NCBI GenBank assembly: GCA_028865095.1
Contig: JAGWLA010000002.1
Coordinates: 1 to 47,318 of the forward strand
Direction of reading: 5' to 3'
DNA from: Patescibacteria group bacterium
Lineage (GTDB): Bacteria; Patescibacteriota; Minisyncoccia; Phycocordibacterales; PALSA-1337
DNA: 47,318 nucleotides
Shown here: positions 1 to 7,949 of the stretch, in pieces
How the letters are laid out: every line of letters begins with the position of its first letter
Position numbering within the stretch: position 1 is the first letter of the stretch
Notes under the pieces: generated by a model
Told to the model about the DNA's origin: nothing
Seen by the model: the letters and a program-made list of their open reading frames with translations, nothing else
Database searches by the model: none
Translations under genes and position numbers: made by a program

Positions 1-102
1 TGGGCGGGCAGCAGCGCCGAAGACCTCTTGAAGGAGCGCTTCGTCAAGGGAGAGATATCCAAGGAAGAGTACGAGGAGAAGCTGAAGGTCATCCGCGCCT
101 GA
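1..102 (+). CDS. 3' end of a SHOCT-domain protein (partial; start lies outside the window)
   Basis: Frame 1 reads ...AEDLLKERFVKGEISKEEYEEKLKVIRA then TGA. The GEISxEEYExK tail resembles the short C-terminal SHOCT motif. Confidence 0.45.
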   Translation, partial: WAGSSAEDLLKERFVKGEISKEEYEEKLKVIRA

Positions 103-131
103 CGCGCCTTCGGCCGTCGCGCGCCCGATGG

Positions 132-164
132 AAGCCGCCGCGAGCCCTCTCGTGGCGGCTTTTC
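132..164 (+). terminator. Rho-independent terminator candidate
   Basis: The 8-bp stem aagccgcc (132-139) pairs with ggcggctt (154-161) and is followed by a T-rich run. Confidence 0.5.
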
Positions 165-173
165 GCGCGGCTG

Positions 174-182
174 TGCTATGAT
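174..182 (+). promoter_or_regulatory. Extended -10 (TGcTATGAT) lying 6 nt upstream of the nrnA ATG
   Basis: tgctatgat at 174-182, ATG at 189, and no Shine-Dalgarno sequence. The geometry fits a leaderless transcript. Confidence 0.55.
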
Positions 183-188
183 GGGAAA

Positions 189-1208
189 ATGACCGAAGGA
201 ATATCTCCCGCCATCGCCGAGAAGGCGCCGCTCATCCTCGCCGAGATCGAGAAAGCGAGCTCGATCCTGATGCATTGCCATCCGTTGCCTGACCCTGACA
301 GCGTCGGTTCAGCTTTGGCCATGAAGATGGCCCTTGAGGGCATGGGGAAGAAGGCGACGGTCATAAAGGGTGATTCGAGCATTCCGCGCGCCTTCGCGCA
401 TTTTCCCGGCGCATCCGAGATCGAGGAAAGATCTTTCTCGGACGTCGATCTTTCGAAATACGATCTCTTCATCAGTCTCGATAGCGGGTCGAGGAGCATG
501 GTGTCCCAAGCCCATCCGCCTGCCTTGCCATTGCCCATACGCACGGTCGTCATCGACCACCACGTCACCAACGAGACCTATGGCGACATCAATCTCGTCG
601 ATGCCTCGTCTCCCGCCGTGGCATTCATCCTCTTCCAGCTTTTCTCCGTATGGAAGGTCCCTTTGACTCATGACATCGCCACGGATCTCTTCATGGGCAT
701 ATACACCGATACAGGCGGATTCAGATACGCTCCGACCGATTGGAGGGTCATCGCGGCGGCGAGCGAGCTGGCCCGCAACGCCCCTGATTTCACCGAGACC
801 ATCTTTAAAATGGAGAACAGCCAGAGCAAGGAAGCGATCTATTTTCAGGCCCTTGCCTTCAGCTCGGTCGAGACGTTCCTTGGCGACTCCGTCGCGATCG
901 CGGCGGTATCTCATCGGCAGCTCGCTGAGAAGCATATTCCGGAGGAATGCATCCGCGGCATCGGCATATCCAACATCCTCAAGTCTGTCATCGGTTGGAA
1001 TGTCGGGGTATCTCTCATAGAGCGCGTTGAGGGCGAGGTAAAAGTCAGCTTGCGGACAAGAGACAGGGATCGCTTCGATGTTTCCAAGCTTGCTGCTGCG
1101 TTGGGCGGGGGAGGGCATCGCGCGGCCGCTGCGGCTGTCTTGCACATGCCGCTCGACGAAGCCAAGAAGCTGGTTGTCGCCAAGGCGAAGGAGCTATATA
1201 ATCTGTAG
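189..1208 (+). CDS. nrnA: DHH/DHHA1 phosphoesterase, NrnA-like oligoribonuclease / pAp phosphatase
   Basis: Shows VVIDHH (DHH motif), GIYTDTGGFRY, and a C-terminal GGGGHRAAA (DHHA1 GGGH motif). Confidence 0.8.
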   Translation: MTEGISPAIAEKAPLILAEIEKASSILMHCHPLPDPDSVGSALAMKMALEGMGKKATVIKGDSSIPRAFAHFPGASEIEERSFSDVDLSKYDLFISLDSGSRSMVSQAHPPALPLPIRTVVIDHHVTNETYGDINLVDASSPAVAFILFQLFSVWKVPLTHDIATDLFMGIYTDTGGFRYAPTDWRVIAAASELARNAPDFTETIFKMENSQSKEAIYFQALAFSSVETFLGDSVAIAAVSHRQLAEKHIPEECIRGIGISNILKSVIGWNVGVSLIERVEGEVKVSLRTRDRDRFDVSKLAAALGGGGHRAAAAAVLHMPLDEAKKLVVAKAKELYNL

Positions 1209-1240
1209 CGCTTTACTAGAATAATCCCGCACCGAACAGC

Positions 1241-1960
1241 ATGTCCACAAAGAGCATCGCCATAACCGCAGCTGCCGCCGTCATCGTGATCGCCGTCGCC
1301 TGGTTCTCTCTCGACCATCGCTACGTCCAGCCCCTGCCTCCGAGCTTGCAGCCTCCGGCAGCGACGTCGACGGCGCCGGTCGCGACGGTTTCGCCGTCCG
1401 CTTCGCCCTCGCCGTCCGCGCCCGCCCCTTCTTCATCATCGATAAAAAACCTCATGCATACCATCACCATCAAGACCACCAAGGGCTCCATCGTCTTCGA
1501 GACGTACGACGCCGACGCGCCGAACGCCGTCAAGAATTTCATCTCTCTCGCCGACAAAGGCTTCTATGACGGCATCCTTTTCCACCGCGTCATCGAGGGC
1601 TTCATGATCCAGGCCGGCGACCCGCTGACCAAGGACCCGAGCAAGAAAGCCTTGTGGGGCACCGGAGGGCCCGGCTATGCGTTCGCCGACGAGCTCGATC
1701 CGTCGACAGCATCGTATAAGGCCGGCTATGTCCGCGGCACGGTGGCCATGGCCAACTCCGGCCCGAACACCAACGGCTCGCAGTTCTTCATCATGCAGAA
1801 GGACACGGCGCTGCCGCACGGCTACACCATATTCGGGAAGGTCATATCGGGCATGGACGTAGTGGACGCCATCGCCGCCAGCCCGGTCGACAGCGCCGAC
1901 GACCCGCTCTCGCCGATCGCCATAGAATCGGTCGCGGTCGCGACCACCACGCAGCGCTAA
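1241..1960 (+). CDS. Cyclophilin-type peptidyl-prolyl cis-trans isomerase with an N-terminal membrane anchor and a Pro/Ser/Ala linker
   Basis: Shows FHRVIEGFMIQAGDP, GTVAMANSGPNTNGSQFFI, and an N-terminal hydrophobic helix AITAAAAVIVIAVAWF. Confidence 0.85.
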   Translation: MSTKSIAITAAAAVIVIAVAWFSLDHRYVQPLPPSLQPPAATSTAPVATVSPSASPSPSAPAPSSSSIKNLMHTITIKTTKGSIVFETYDADAPNAVKNFISLADKGFYDGILFHRVIEGFMIQAGDPLTKDPSKKALWGTGGPGYAFADELDPSTASYKAGYVRGTVAMANSGPNTNGSQFFIMQKDTALPHGYTIFGKVISGMDVVDAIAASPVDSADDPLSPIAIESVAVATTTQR

Positions 1961-1976
1961 GGAGCGGAGGTAGTAG

Positions 1977-2005
1977 TTGACTTTTACTTATTTTTGAGTT
2001 ATAAT
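1977..2005 (+). promoter_or_regulatory. Near-consensus sigma70 promoter TTGACT-17-TATAAT
   Basis: TTGACT at 1977-1982, a 17-nt spacer, then TATAAT at 2000-2005. It is followed by a roughly 60-nt leader carrying AAGGAG (2061-2066) before the GTG at 2073. Confidence 0.65.
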
Positions 2006-2072
2006 TGAAACTGTACGGTCGGAACCGTGCAGGTTCTTTGGTATCACAATAGCTTGAAGAAAGGAGCGTCAC

Positions 2073-2621
2073 GTGGATGCGTTATTGAACATCCTGGCAT
2101 TCGCGACCGCTCTCGCGATGCTGGAGATCTGGCTGGAACGCTATCGGAGCGGGTTCGGCGGGGATTTCATCGATCCCTATTGGAGCGAGCACATGCAGGG
2201 CCCTTTCATCGAATTCTTGAAGAGGGTGGCGGGGAAGCAGTACATCAAGCGCTACCACTATTCGATGTTCGGCTTCGTCCTTCCGGCGCTGTATGCCGGC
2301 GAATGGGCCGTCCTGGCATGGCATGGGCACGGCGGATTGGCGGCACGGCTGGCGAGCCCGCTCATGCTGATGATCGGCGTCTGCGCGGGAGTGATGGTCG
2401 TAGAGGATTTCCTGTATTTCCTCTTGATCGGCCTCTTCGCGAAGCGGCTGCTCCCGGGCAAGGGCTTCGATGAAGGAGCCATGCTTCTCCTGAAAGGGAA
2501 AGTCGCATGGCATACCGATTGGCGGCCGATAGCTTTCGGGCTCGGCTTGCCGACGTCGTACTTCATCGGGCTCGGCATCGCCTTCTTCTCGTTCGCCCTT
2601 CGGCGCCTCATCTTCGGCTGA
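2073..2621 (+). CDS. Hypothetical integral membrane protein (about 4 TM helices), GTG start
   Basis: ORF with a good Shine-Dalgarno (AAGGAG) 7 nt upstream, several hydrophobic segments, and a strong terminator after it. No family recognised. Confidence 0.6.
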   Translation: MDALLNILAFATALAMLEIWLERYRSGFGGDFIDPYWSEHMQGPFIEFLKRVAGKQYIKRYHYSMFGFVLPALYAGEWAVLAWHGHGGLAARLASPLMLMIGVCAGVMVVEDFLYFLLIGLFAKRLLPGKGFDEGAMLLLKGKVAWHTDWRPIAFGLGLPTSYFIGLGIAFFSFALRRLIFG

Positions 2622-2636
2622 CAGCCGACGGGCGCG

Positions 2637-2666
2637 AGCGCCATCCATACATGGATGGCGCTTTTC
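2637..2666 (+). terminator. Rho-independent terminator
   Basis: Perfect inverted repeat agcgccatccat (2637-2648) / atggatggcgct (2651-2662), followed by TTTT. Confidence 0.7.
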
Positions 2667-3109
2667 TATGCGTGGTGATACCTCCCGCCGCGGAGTATCT
2701 CCGCGGCCCGGTAGAGCTGCTCGACGGCGATGAGGCGGACGAGCGCGTGGGGGAACGTCAGGAGCGACAATGAGACGCAGGCGTCGGCCCGCTCGCGCAG
2801 GGCGGACGAGACGCCGTATGCGCCGCCGATGACGAAGACGATCCTCTTCCTGCCGCTGCCCTCGGCTTTCGCGATCGTCTCGGCGAACCCTTCCGACGAC
2901 GTCGCCCGGCCGCGACCGTCGAAGAGGACCACGAAGTCGCGGCCCGAAAGGGCCTTCATGATCGCGGCGCCCTCTTCATCGGGCGTCCCTGGCTTGGGGA
3001 AGAGCCATGAGACGTCGAAGCGGCCGCGCAGGCGCTTCTCGTAATCGGCGATGAGCGCGCCCGTCTCTTGGCCGTGCTTCTTGCCGGGAGATATGATGGC
3101 GATGTCCAT
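2666..3109 (-). CDS. rlmH: 23S rRNA (pseudouridine1915-N3)-methyltransferase RlmH (SPOUT)
   Basis: 147 aa, with IVFVIGGAYGVS and a C-terminal LSLLTFPHALVRLIAVEQLYRA typical of RlmH. Confidence 0.85.
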   Translation of the reverse strand: MDIAIISPGKKHGQETGALIADYEKRLRGRFDVSWLFPKPGTPDEEGAAIMKALSGRDFVVLFDGRGRATSSEGFAETIAKAEGSGRKRIVFVIGGAYGVSSALRERADACVSLSLLTFPHALVRLIAVEQLYRAAEILRGGRYHHA

Positions 3110-3115
3110 GCGGCG

Positions 3116-3125
3116 ATGGTATCAT
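3116..3125. promoter_or_regulatory. Palindromic -10 element shared by divergent rlmH and the ogt-like gene
   Basis: atggtatcat reads TGgTATCAT on the + strand (6 nt before ATG 3132) and TGaTACCAT on the - strand (6 nt before ATG 3109). Confidence 0.55.
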
Positions 3126-3131
3126 CTTCGC

Positions 3132-3383
3132 ATGGAAAAATCATTCGCCGACAAGGTGCGCGACGCCGTCAGGCGCATCCCGAGAGGCGCGACGCTCACG
3201 TACGGACAGGTCGCGGCGCTCGCGGGCCGGCCGAAGGCGCATCGAGCCGTGGGGAACATCCTCAACAAGAACTATGACCCCGAGATACCGTGCCACCGGG
3301 TGGTGCGCTCCGACGGGACGGCCGGAGGATACAACCGGGGCTCCGTCAGGAAGAAGGGGCTGCTCGAGTCGGAGCGGCGATAG
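3132..3383 (+). CDS. MGMT/Ogt-family methylated-DNA-protein-cysteine methyltransferase, DNA-binding/catalytic domain only (83 aa)
   Basis: Shows YGQVAALAGRPKAHRAVGNIL and an active-site PCHRVV. The internal ATG at 3132 was chosen because the longer ORF (3051) would overlap the rlmH start. Confidence 0.75.
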   Translation: MEKSFADKVRDAVRRIPRGATLTYGQVAALAGRPKAHRAVGNILNKNYDPEIPCHRVVRSDGTAGGYNRGSVRKKGLLESERR

Positions 3384-3386
3384 CCG

Positions 3387-3395
3387 TGCTACAAT
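3387..3395 (+). promoter_or_regulatory. Extended -10 (TGcTACAAT) lying 6 nt upstream of ATG 3402
   Basis: tgctacaat at 3387-3395, with no Shine-Dalgarno sequence. Confidence 0.55.
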
Positions 3396-3401
3396 CAAAG
3401 C

Positions 3402-4181
3402 ATGGCCGGATATGCTAAGAAGCTGAGCGTCAGGAGCGCCGACTGGAACTACGGCGGCCCTAAATGGAAGCTGTCCCGCTCGAAGCTCGACCTCTTCCGT
3501 GAATGCGAGCTGTGCTTCTATCTCGACAACAGGCTCGGCGTGGCGCGCCCGCGCGGGCCGTCATTCACGCTCAACATAGCGGTGGACGCCCTGCTCAAGA
3601 AGGAATTCGACATCCATCGGGCCGCCCAGTCGGCCCATCCGCTGATGGACAGCTACGGCATCGACGCCGTCCCGTTCGCCCACGAGGACCTCGCCCTCTG
3701 GAGGGATAATTTCAAGGGCATACAGTACGCGGATCCGGAGACCGGGCTCACGATATCGGGCGCGGTGGACGACGTCTGGGTGAACCCGAAAGGCGAGCTC
3801 ATCGTGGTCGACTACAAAGCGACCTCCAAGGAAGGGAAGATCGAGACGCTCTCCGATTCGTCGTGGGAAGCGCAATATCGGAGGCAGATGGAGGTCTATC
3901 AGTGGCTCTTGCGCCGCAAAGGATTCGCGGTGAGCCGAACAGGGTATTTCGTCTACGTGAACGGCAAAGCGGACAAGAAGGCGTTCGACGGCAGGCTGGA
4001 ATTCGACGTCACCATCATCCCGCAGGCCGGCGACGACTCGTGGGTCCATGAGGCGATCGTGCGGGCGAAAGCGTGCTTGGACAGCGACAAGCTCCCGGCG
4101 CCCGGCGGCGAGTGCGAGTTCTGCGCATACCGCAAGAACGCCCGCGACGCGCAGCTGGGAGCGAAAGGGAAGGCGAGATGA
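3402..4181 (+). CDS. PD-(D/E)XK nuclease family protein (Cas4/RecB-like) with CxxC...CxxC cysteines
   Basis: Shows GELIVVDYKATSK (D/ExK core), RQMEVYQWLL (QxxxY), N-terminal CELC and C-terminal CEFC. Confidence 0.7.
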   Translation: MAGYAKKLSVRSADWNYGGPKWKLSRSKLDLFRECELCFYLDNRLGVARPRGPSFTLNIAVDALLKKEFDIHRAAQSAHPLMDSYGIDAVPFAHEDLALWRDNFKGIQYADPETGLTISGAVDDVWVNPKGELIVVDYKATSKEGKIETLSDSSWEAQYRRQMEVYQWLLRRKGFAVSRTGYFVYVNGKADKKAFDGRLEFDVTIIPQAGDDSWVHEAIVRAKACLDSDKLPAPGGECEFCAYRKNARDAQLGAKGKAR

Positions 4182-4998
4182 TCCTGTCCGCCATCCTGTC
4201 ATAGAAAAGAGGGAGCTCTTCAAGGAATGCCGCGCTGTCGAAGCATCCCATCTTTCGGGCATGGGCGACCGACCGCCGGGCGGCGCGGCGGATCATCCGG
4301 GCCATGCGATATCTGACGGCCGTCTCGAACGCCCGCTCATAGCTCCGCTGCGGCGCTTTCCGGCCCGCTGCGCGGCGCAGCAGCTCCGTCGCGACGGTAT
4401 GCCTGCCTGCCGCCATATCCTCGGCCCAATCGCGCGCGTCGTCGGAGAGCTGGCGCGCAAGGATGAGGCTCTTGAAATAACGGAGGCATTCAGCCCGATC
4501 CTTCGGAGCGGCGCCCGCCTTCATGATCAACGCCATGCAAGGGATGGCGACTCCGATGGATTTCGATATGGCGATGCGGACGAGGCTGCGAAGCGCCGGC
4601 TTCTCCGAGGCAGTCGCCGCTCGCGACTCATCGAGAGCTGCGCGCTCCATCTCGTCGAGAAGGGCGTCGAGCGCGCCGTACTCGCCCTCCTTGAGCTCGA
4701 GGCGCCGCAGCTCCCGGCCGAGCGACGTCCTCGATAAGGAGAAGAGGACGGATGCCTGGCATGCCTCTTCTCCCTTAAGAGAGCCGTCTCTCGCGAGGTC
4801 CGCTTCCGACCAGCCTATCCAGCCCGCCATTCCCGCGGCTTCGCATGCGCGTATGTCGGCTTGCCGGACGGCCGAAGCGCCGCGGAGGCGAGCCGCCGCC
4901 GCGCGGGGGATCCGGATCAACGCTGCCGGTCCGGGCATGCGCCCGATCGCTCGCGCCCTCTCCGCAAGGAGGGAGCGCGCGTATGGAGACGATGGCAT
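4015..4998 (-). CDS. Hypothetical alpha-helical protein, third gene of the response regulator / kinase operon; carries a weak polyprenyl-synthase-like QxxDDxxD motif
   Basis: The ORF starts 25 nt after the kinase stop. It contains ILARQLSDDARD. The last roughly 55 aa are Arg/Pro-rich and lie antisense to the nuclease gene, so the true C-terminus is uncertain. Confidence 0.4.
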   Translation of the reverse strand: MPSSPYARSLLAERARAIGRMPGPAALIRIPRAAAARLRGASAVRQADIRACEAAGMAGWIGWSEADLARDGSLKGEEACQASVLFSLSRTSLGRELRRLELKEGEYGALDALLDEMERAALDESRAATASEKPALRSLVRIAISKSIGVAIPCMALIMKAGAAPKDRAECLRYFKSLILARQLSDDARDWAEDMAAGRHTVATELLRRAAGRKAPQRSYERAFETAVRYRMARMIRRAARRSVAHARKMGCFDSAAFLEELPLFYDRMADRIISPSLSLPAARRGRSCGMRRTRTRRRAPGACRCPSTLSPARSPHGPTSRRRPAG

Positions 4999-5022
4999 CT
5001 CTCTGGGCTGGTCGAGGCACGA

Positions 5023-6483
5023 TCACGCGTCCGCGCGCGCAGGGAACAGGATGATGACGGCGGCGCCTTCGCCGGGAGAGCCCGCTATATGCGCCGACCC
5101 TCCGGCTTCCTGCACGATATCCTTGACGGTCGCCAAGCCGCGCCCGCCGCCGTCGGGCTTCGTCGAGAATCCGCGGTCGAATGCTCGGGCGGCGTCGGCC
5201 GGGCTCATGCCGCAGCCGTTATCGCGCACCTCTATGCGGCATGCGCGCCCGTCGCTCCTCGCGGATGCCGAGACCGATCGCTCGCCGCTCTCCTTGCTAT
5301 GCCTGCTCCCGGGCGCCGCGCACGCTTCAATGCCGTTGGAGATGAGGTTCAGGAATATCTGGTTGAGCCGCGTGGGGTGCGCCGGCACGCTGACGGGCGC
5401 TACCTCCGATATATCGATGGATACGCCGCTCATCCTCGCCGCATACGCGAGCATGTCGCGGGCCGCCGAGGCTTCCTTGAAGGCGTCCGACCCCGTCTCG
5501 GCCGTTCCTTGCCGTTCCGCCATGCAGCGCTTCATGCTTTCCATGAACGAGAGCATCTTCTTCGAAGCGGCAGTCACCGGCTCGATGTCCTTTTTGAGCT
5601 CGGCGAAGCCCGAAGCCTCGTTGGAGGCTGCGATATGCTCGGCCCTGATAGAAAGGGCGGTGAGCGGGCTCATCAAGTCGTGGAACAGGCCTTTGGCCAG
5701 CTCCCCGAATTTTGCCGTCCGCTCGAGCTCCTCGGTCTTCGCTTGCTCGGCTTCCAGGAGAGAGGCCGTCCTTTCCGCGATGCGCCTCTCGAGGTCGTCG
5801 CGCTCCTCGGTGAGCAGCCTCTCGGAGCGCCGGGCCCGGGCGAGCGACCTCGATATCTCCCTGCTCGACAGCCAGGCGATGAAGCTCAAGAAGAGGAAGC
5901 CGGCCGAATAGGATATGATGTCGGTCGCATTGACCTCGTCGAGCCTCCAGTCGGGGAGGTCGAGGGCGATGGCTTCGTGCGCCCCGAGCGCCGCGAAGAC
6001 GGCGATCATCGCCACGGACACGAGGGCGCTCGGGCCCGGCTCCATGAAGACTCCGGTCGTCACGATGACGAGGGCGATGCCGAAGAGAGTGGCTGGCAAG
6101 CTCGCTCCCCACATCCATCCTGCATACATGGTCCCGATCGCATAGAAAGCGATGAGAAGGAACGATGCGAGCCGGACGCGGCCCGATCTCGATATGGCAT
6201 ATATCGCGCTGCAAGCGATAAGGAAGAAGGCGAATGGGACGGGATGCAGGCCTCGATAGCCGTCGAGGGTGAAGAAATTCCAGACGATGACGAGCTCGAG
6301 CGCCGCGAAGAGGGCGATGGATATCGCCAGGATGACGTTGAGCAGATAGCCTCTGCGCGCGTCGTCCTCTCCGCCTGCCGCCGGCGACGTGATCATGCGC
6401 CACACAGCCGCCGTGCGGCTCGTCGCTTGCCGCGCGGCGGCTGCGGCTCGCTCACGTATCTGCCTATACGCGAACGGCGGCAT
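5023..6483 (-). CDS. Membrane-bound sensor histidine kinase (HisKA + HATPase_c)
   Basis: N-terminal multi-TM region, H-box FHDLMSPLTAL, N-box FLNLISNGIEA, and G-boxes RDNGCGM and GGGRGLA. Confidence 0.85.
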   Translation of the reverse strand: MPPFAYRQIRERAAAAARQATSRTAAVWRMITSPAAGGEDDARRGYLLNVILAISIALFAALELVIVWNFFTLDGYRGLHPVPFAFFLIACSAIYAISRSGRVRLASFLLIAFYAIGTMYAGWMWGASLPATLFGIALVIVTTGVFMEPGPSALVSVAMIAVFAALGAHEAIALDLPDWRLDEVNATDIISYSAGFLFLSFIAWLSSREISRSLARARRSERLLTEERDDLERRIAERTASLLEAEQAKTEELERTAKFGELAKGLFHDLMSPLTALSIRAEHIAASNEASGFAELKKDIEPVTAASKKMLSFMESMKRCMAERQGTAETGSDAFKEASAARDMLAYAARMSGVSIDISEVAPVSVPAHPTRLNQIFLNLISNGIEACAAPGSRHSKESGERSVSASARSDGRACRIEVRDNGCGMSPADAARAFDRGFSTKPDGGGRGLATVKDIVQEAGGSAHIAGSPGEGAAVIILFPARADA

Positions 6484-6666
6484 ATGCCTAGCTGCTCCAG
6501 GGAGCGAACTCTCCGGAAGCTCTCGGTGCGGGGCGTCTCGAGCCCCGCCGGCGGAAGGGTATCCGCATGTGATCGATGCCGTTTGGTGGATAAAGGTTAT
6601 GTCGACGCATAACCTCCATCAGCCTATCAGGCGAGGGCTCAAGTTGTGATGAAAATGGGTTCAAAT

Positions 6667-6686
6667 AATCCTCAACGAATCCTCAA
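6667..6686 (-). repeat. Direct repeat TTGAGGATT x2 with 11-bp period (candidate response-regulator site)
   Basis: The minus strand reads TGAcgaaTTGAGGATTcgTTGAGGATTatt directly after the regulator stop codon. A third TTGAGCC lies at 6636-6642 on the minus strand. Confidence 0.4.
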
Positions 6687-6690
6687 TTCG

Positions 6691-7386
6691 TCATTTCCGG
6701 AAGCGCGCCAGCGCTTCAGGCGCGTCCATGATATAGCCCCTGCCGGGCATGTTGACGATGAGATTGATCGCCCCTCCGGCATTGAGCTTCTTGCGCAGGT
6801 TGCGCAAGTGGGCTTCGATGGTGTTCGAGAATGGATTGCTGTCGGCGGTCCATATATGCTCCATGAGCTGGGCGCGCGATATGACGATGCCGGGATGCCT
6901 CATGAAGTATTCGAGCATGTTGAACTCTTTCCTGGTCAGCCTGACCATGGCGCCGCCTCGGAGGACGGTGTGGGTGTTGGGGTCCAAGCTGATGTCGTGA
7001 AGGGAAAGCTCCGATTTCTTGATCTCGGGCGCTCTGCGGGAGACCGCGCCGAGCCTTGCCCGGAGCTCTTCGAGCGAGAACGGCTTGGTCACATAGTCGT
7101 CGGCCCCGTTCTTGAAAGCGGCGACCTTCGTCTCGGTGTCGCCGTCGACCGAGAGGAAGAGTATGGGCGTCGCCCTCCCGGCGGAGCGTATCTCCTTGCA
7201 CACGGTCAAGCCGTCCTTGCGCGGCAGAGCCTGGTCGAGGACGATGGCGTCGTATTCGTAGCTCCTGGCCATGAACGACCCGTCCGACCCGTCGGTCGAT
7301 ATCTCTACGGTATGCGAATATGACGCCAGGCTGATCCTGATGGTCTCTGCGGTCGCGCGGTCGTCGTCGATGACAAGGACTTTCAT
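6691..7386 (-). CDS. OmpR/PhoB-family response regulator (receiver + winged-helix domains)
   Basis: Shows MKVLVIDDD, AIVLDQALPRKDG, ADDYVTKPFSLEEL, and C-terminal VNMPGRGY. The ATG at 7386 was chosen over the 7422 extension. Confidence 0.85.
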   Translation of the reverse strand: MKVLVIDDDRATAETIRISLASYSHTVEISTDGSDGSFMARSYEYDAIVLDQALPRKDGLTVCKEIRSAGRATPILFLSVDGDTETKVAAFKNGADDYVTKPFSLEELRARLGAVSRRAPEIKKSELSLHDISLDPNTHTVLRGGAMVRLTRKEFNMLEYFMRHPGIVISRAQLMEHIWTADSNPFSNTIEAHLRNLRKKLNAGGAINLIVNMPGRGYIMDAPEALARFRK

Positions 7387-7393
7387 GCGCCAC

Positions 7394-7399
7394 AGTATA
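7394..7399 (-). promoter_or_regulatory. -10 box TATACT lying 7 nt upstream of the response-regulator ATG
   Basis: The minus strand reads TATACTgtggcgcATG. A TTGCCC sits 17 nt upstream. Confidence 0.45.
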
Positions 7400-7404
7400 C
7401 TCTG

Positions 7405-7433
7405 TTGCCTTTTCAAGGGCAATCTGGTAGAGT
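7405..7433 (+). promoter_or_regulatory. Promoter TTGCCT-17-(TGg)TAGAGT for rpsP
   Basis: TTGCCT at 7405-7410 and TGgTAGAGT at 7425-7433; the ATG is 11 nt downstream. Confidence 0.45.
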
Positions 7434-7444
7434 CTCACCTACCT

Positions 7445-7825
7445 ATGTTGATGATCAGACTGCAACGCACCGGCAGGAAGCACGAACCGACGTTCCGTGT
7501 GGTCTTGACCGATTCCAAGAACGGCCCCAAGAGCGGCAAGAGCCTTAAGAATCTCGGCTGGTACGACACCCGCATCAAGAACAGCGCCAAGGACCAGCTC
7601 GACGTGGAAGCGATCAAGCACTGGATGTCAAAGGGCGCGAAGCTCTCGGATACGCTCCACAACTTCCTTGTCGGGCAGAAAGCCATACCCGGAAAGAAGG
7701 TCAACGTCCTCCCCAGGAAGACCCCGATAAAGAAAGAGGCAGCCGAAGGCGAAGCCGCTGCGCCGGCTGCCCCTGCCGCCGCCTCCGCGCCCGCCCCTGA
7801 AGCGGCCGCTCCCGCCGCCAACTAA
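7445..7825 (+). CDS. rpsP: 30S ribosomal protein S16 with an Ala/Pro-rich C-terminal extension
   Basis: Begins MLMIRLQRTGRKHEPTFRVVLTDS; the tail is AAEGEAAAPAAPAAASAPAPEAAAPAAN. Confidence 0.9.
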   Translation: MLMIRLQRTGRKHEPTFRVVLTDSKNGPKSGKSLKNLGWYDTRIKNSAKDQLDVEAIKHWMSKGAKLSDTLHNFLVGQKAIPGKKVNVLPRKTPIKKEAAEGEAAAPAAPAAASAPAPEAAAPAAN

Positions 7826-7860
7826 GGCCCGGGAAGCGCCCGTGGCGCGGCATCCGCCGT

Positions 7861-7888
7861 TTGACGCCTGTGGGCCATCTGTTACAAT
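7861..7888 (+). promoter_or_regulatory. Promoter TTGACG-16-(TGt)TACAAT upstream of the KH-domain gene
   Basis: TTGACG at 7861-7866 and TACAAT at 7883-7888, followed by a leader of about 60 nt. Confidence 0.5.
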
Positions 7889-7949
7889 CTCCGCAGTACA
7901 GCATCGTTGCCTGTACGACTTATCATTCACATATCCTTTCCCCTGAATC

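Noticed and set aside
3051-3131. Longest-ORF N-terminal extensions: the ogt-like gene from 3051, rpoB from 9626, dnaG from 16634, response regulator from 7422, typA from 31423, infB from 45371, truB from 28583, desulfurase from 45900, DUF4446 from 45966, and the orphan from 8913.
   Set aside because: The extensions overlap divergent neighbours or predicted promoters and add non-conserved residues before canonical N-termini (for example MKVLVIDDD, MEIRNIAIIAHVDHGKT). Internal ATGs preceded by -10 boxes were preferred.
6585-6593. TTATCCACC on the minus strand, an 8/9 match to the DnaA box TTATCCACA, next to an 8-bp hairpin (6594-6615).
   Set aside because: It is a single isolated box with no cluster, no AT-rich unwinding element and no dnaA or dnaN nearby. 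It is most likely chance.
6488-6619. A 43-aa Arg-rich minus-strand ORF in the regulator-kinase spacer.
   Set aside because: It has no Shine-Dalgarno sequence or promoter geometry, its composition is typical of random GC-rich frames, and there is no recognisable motif.
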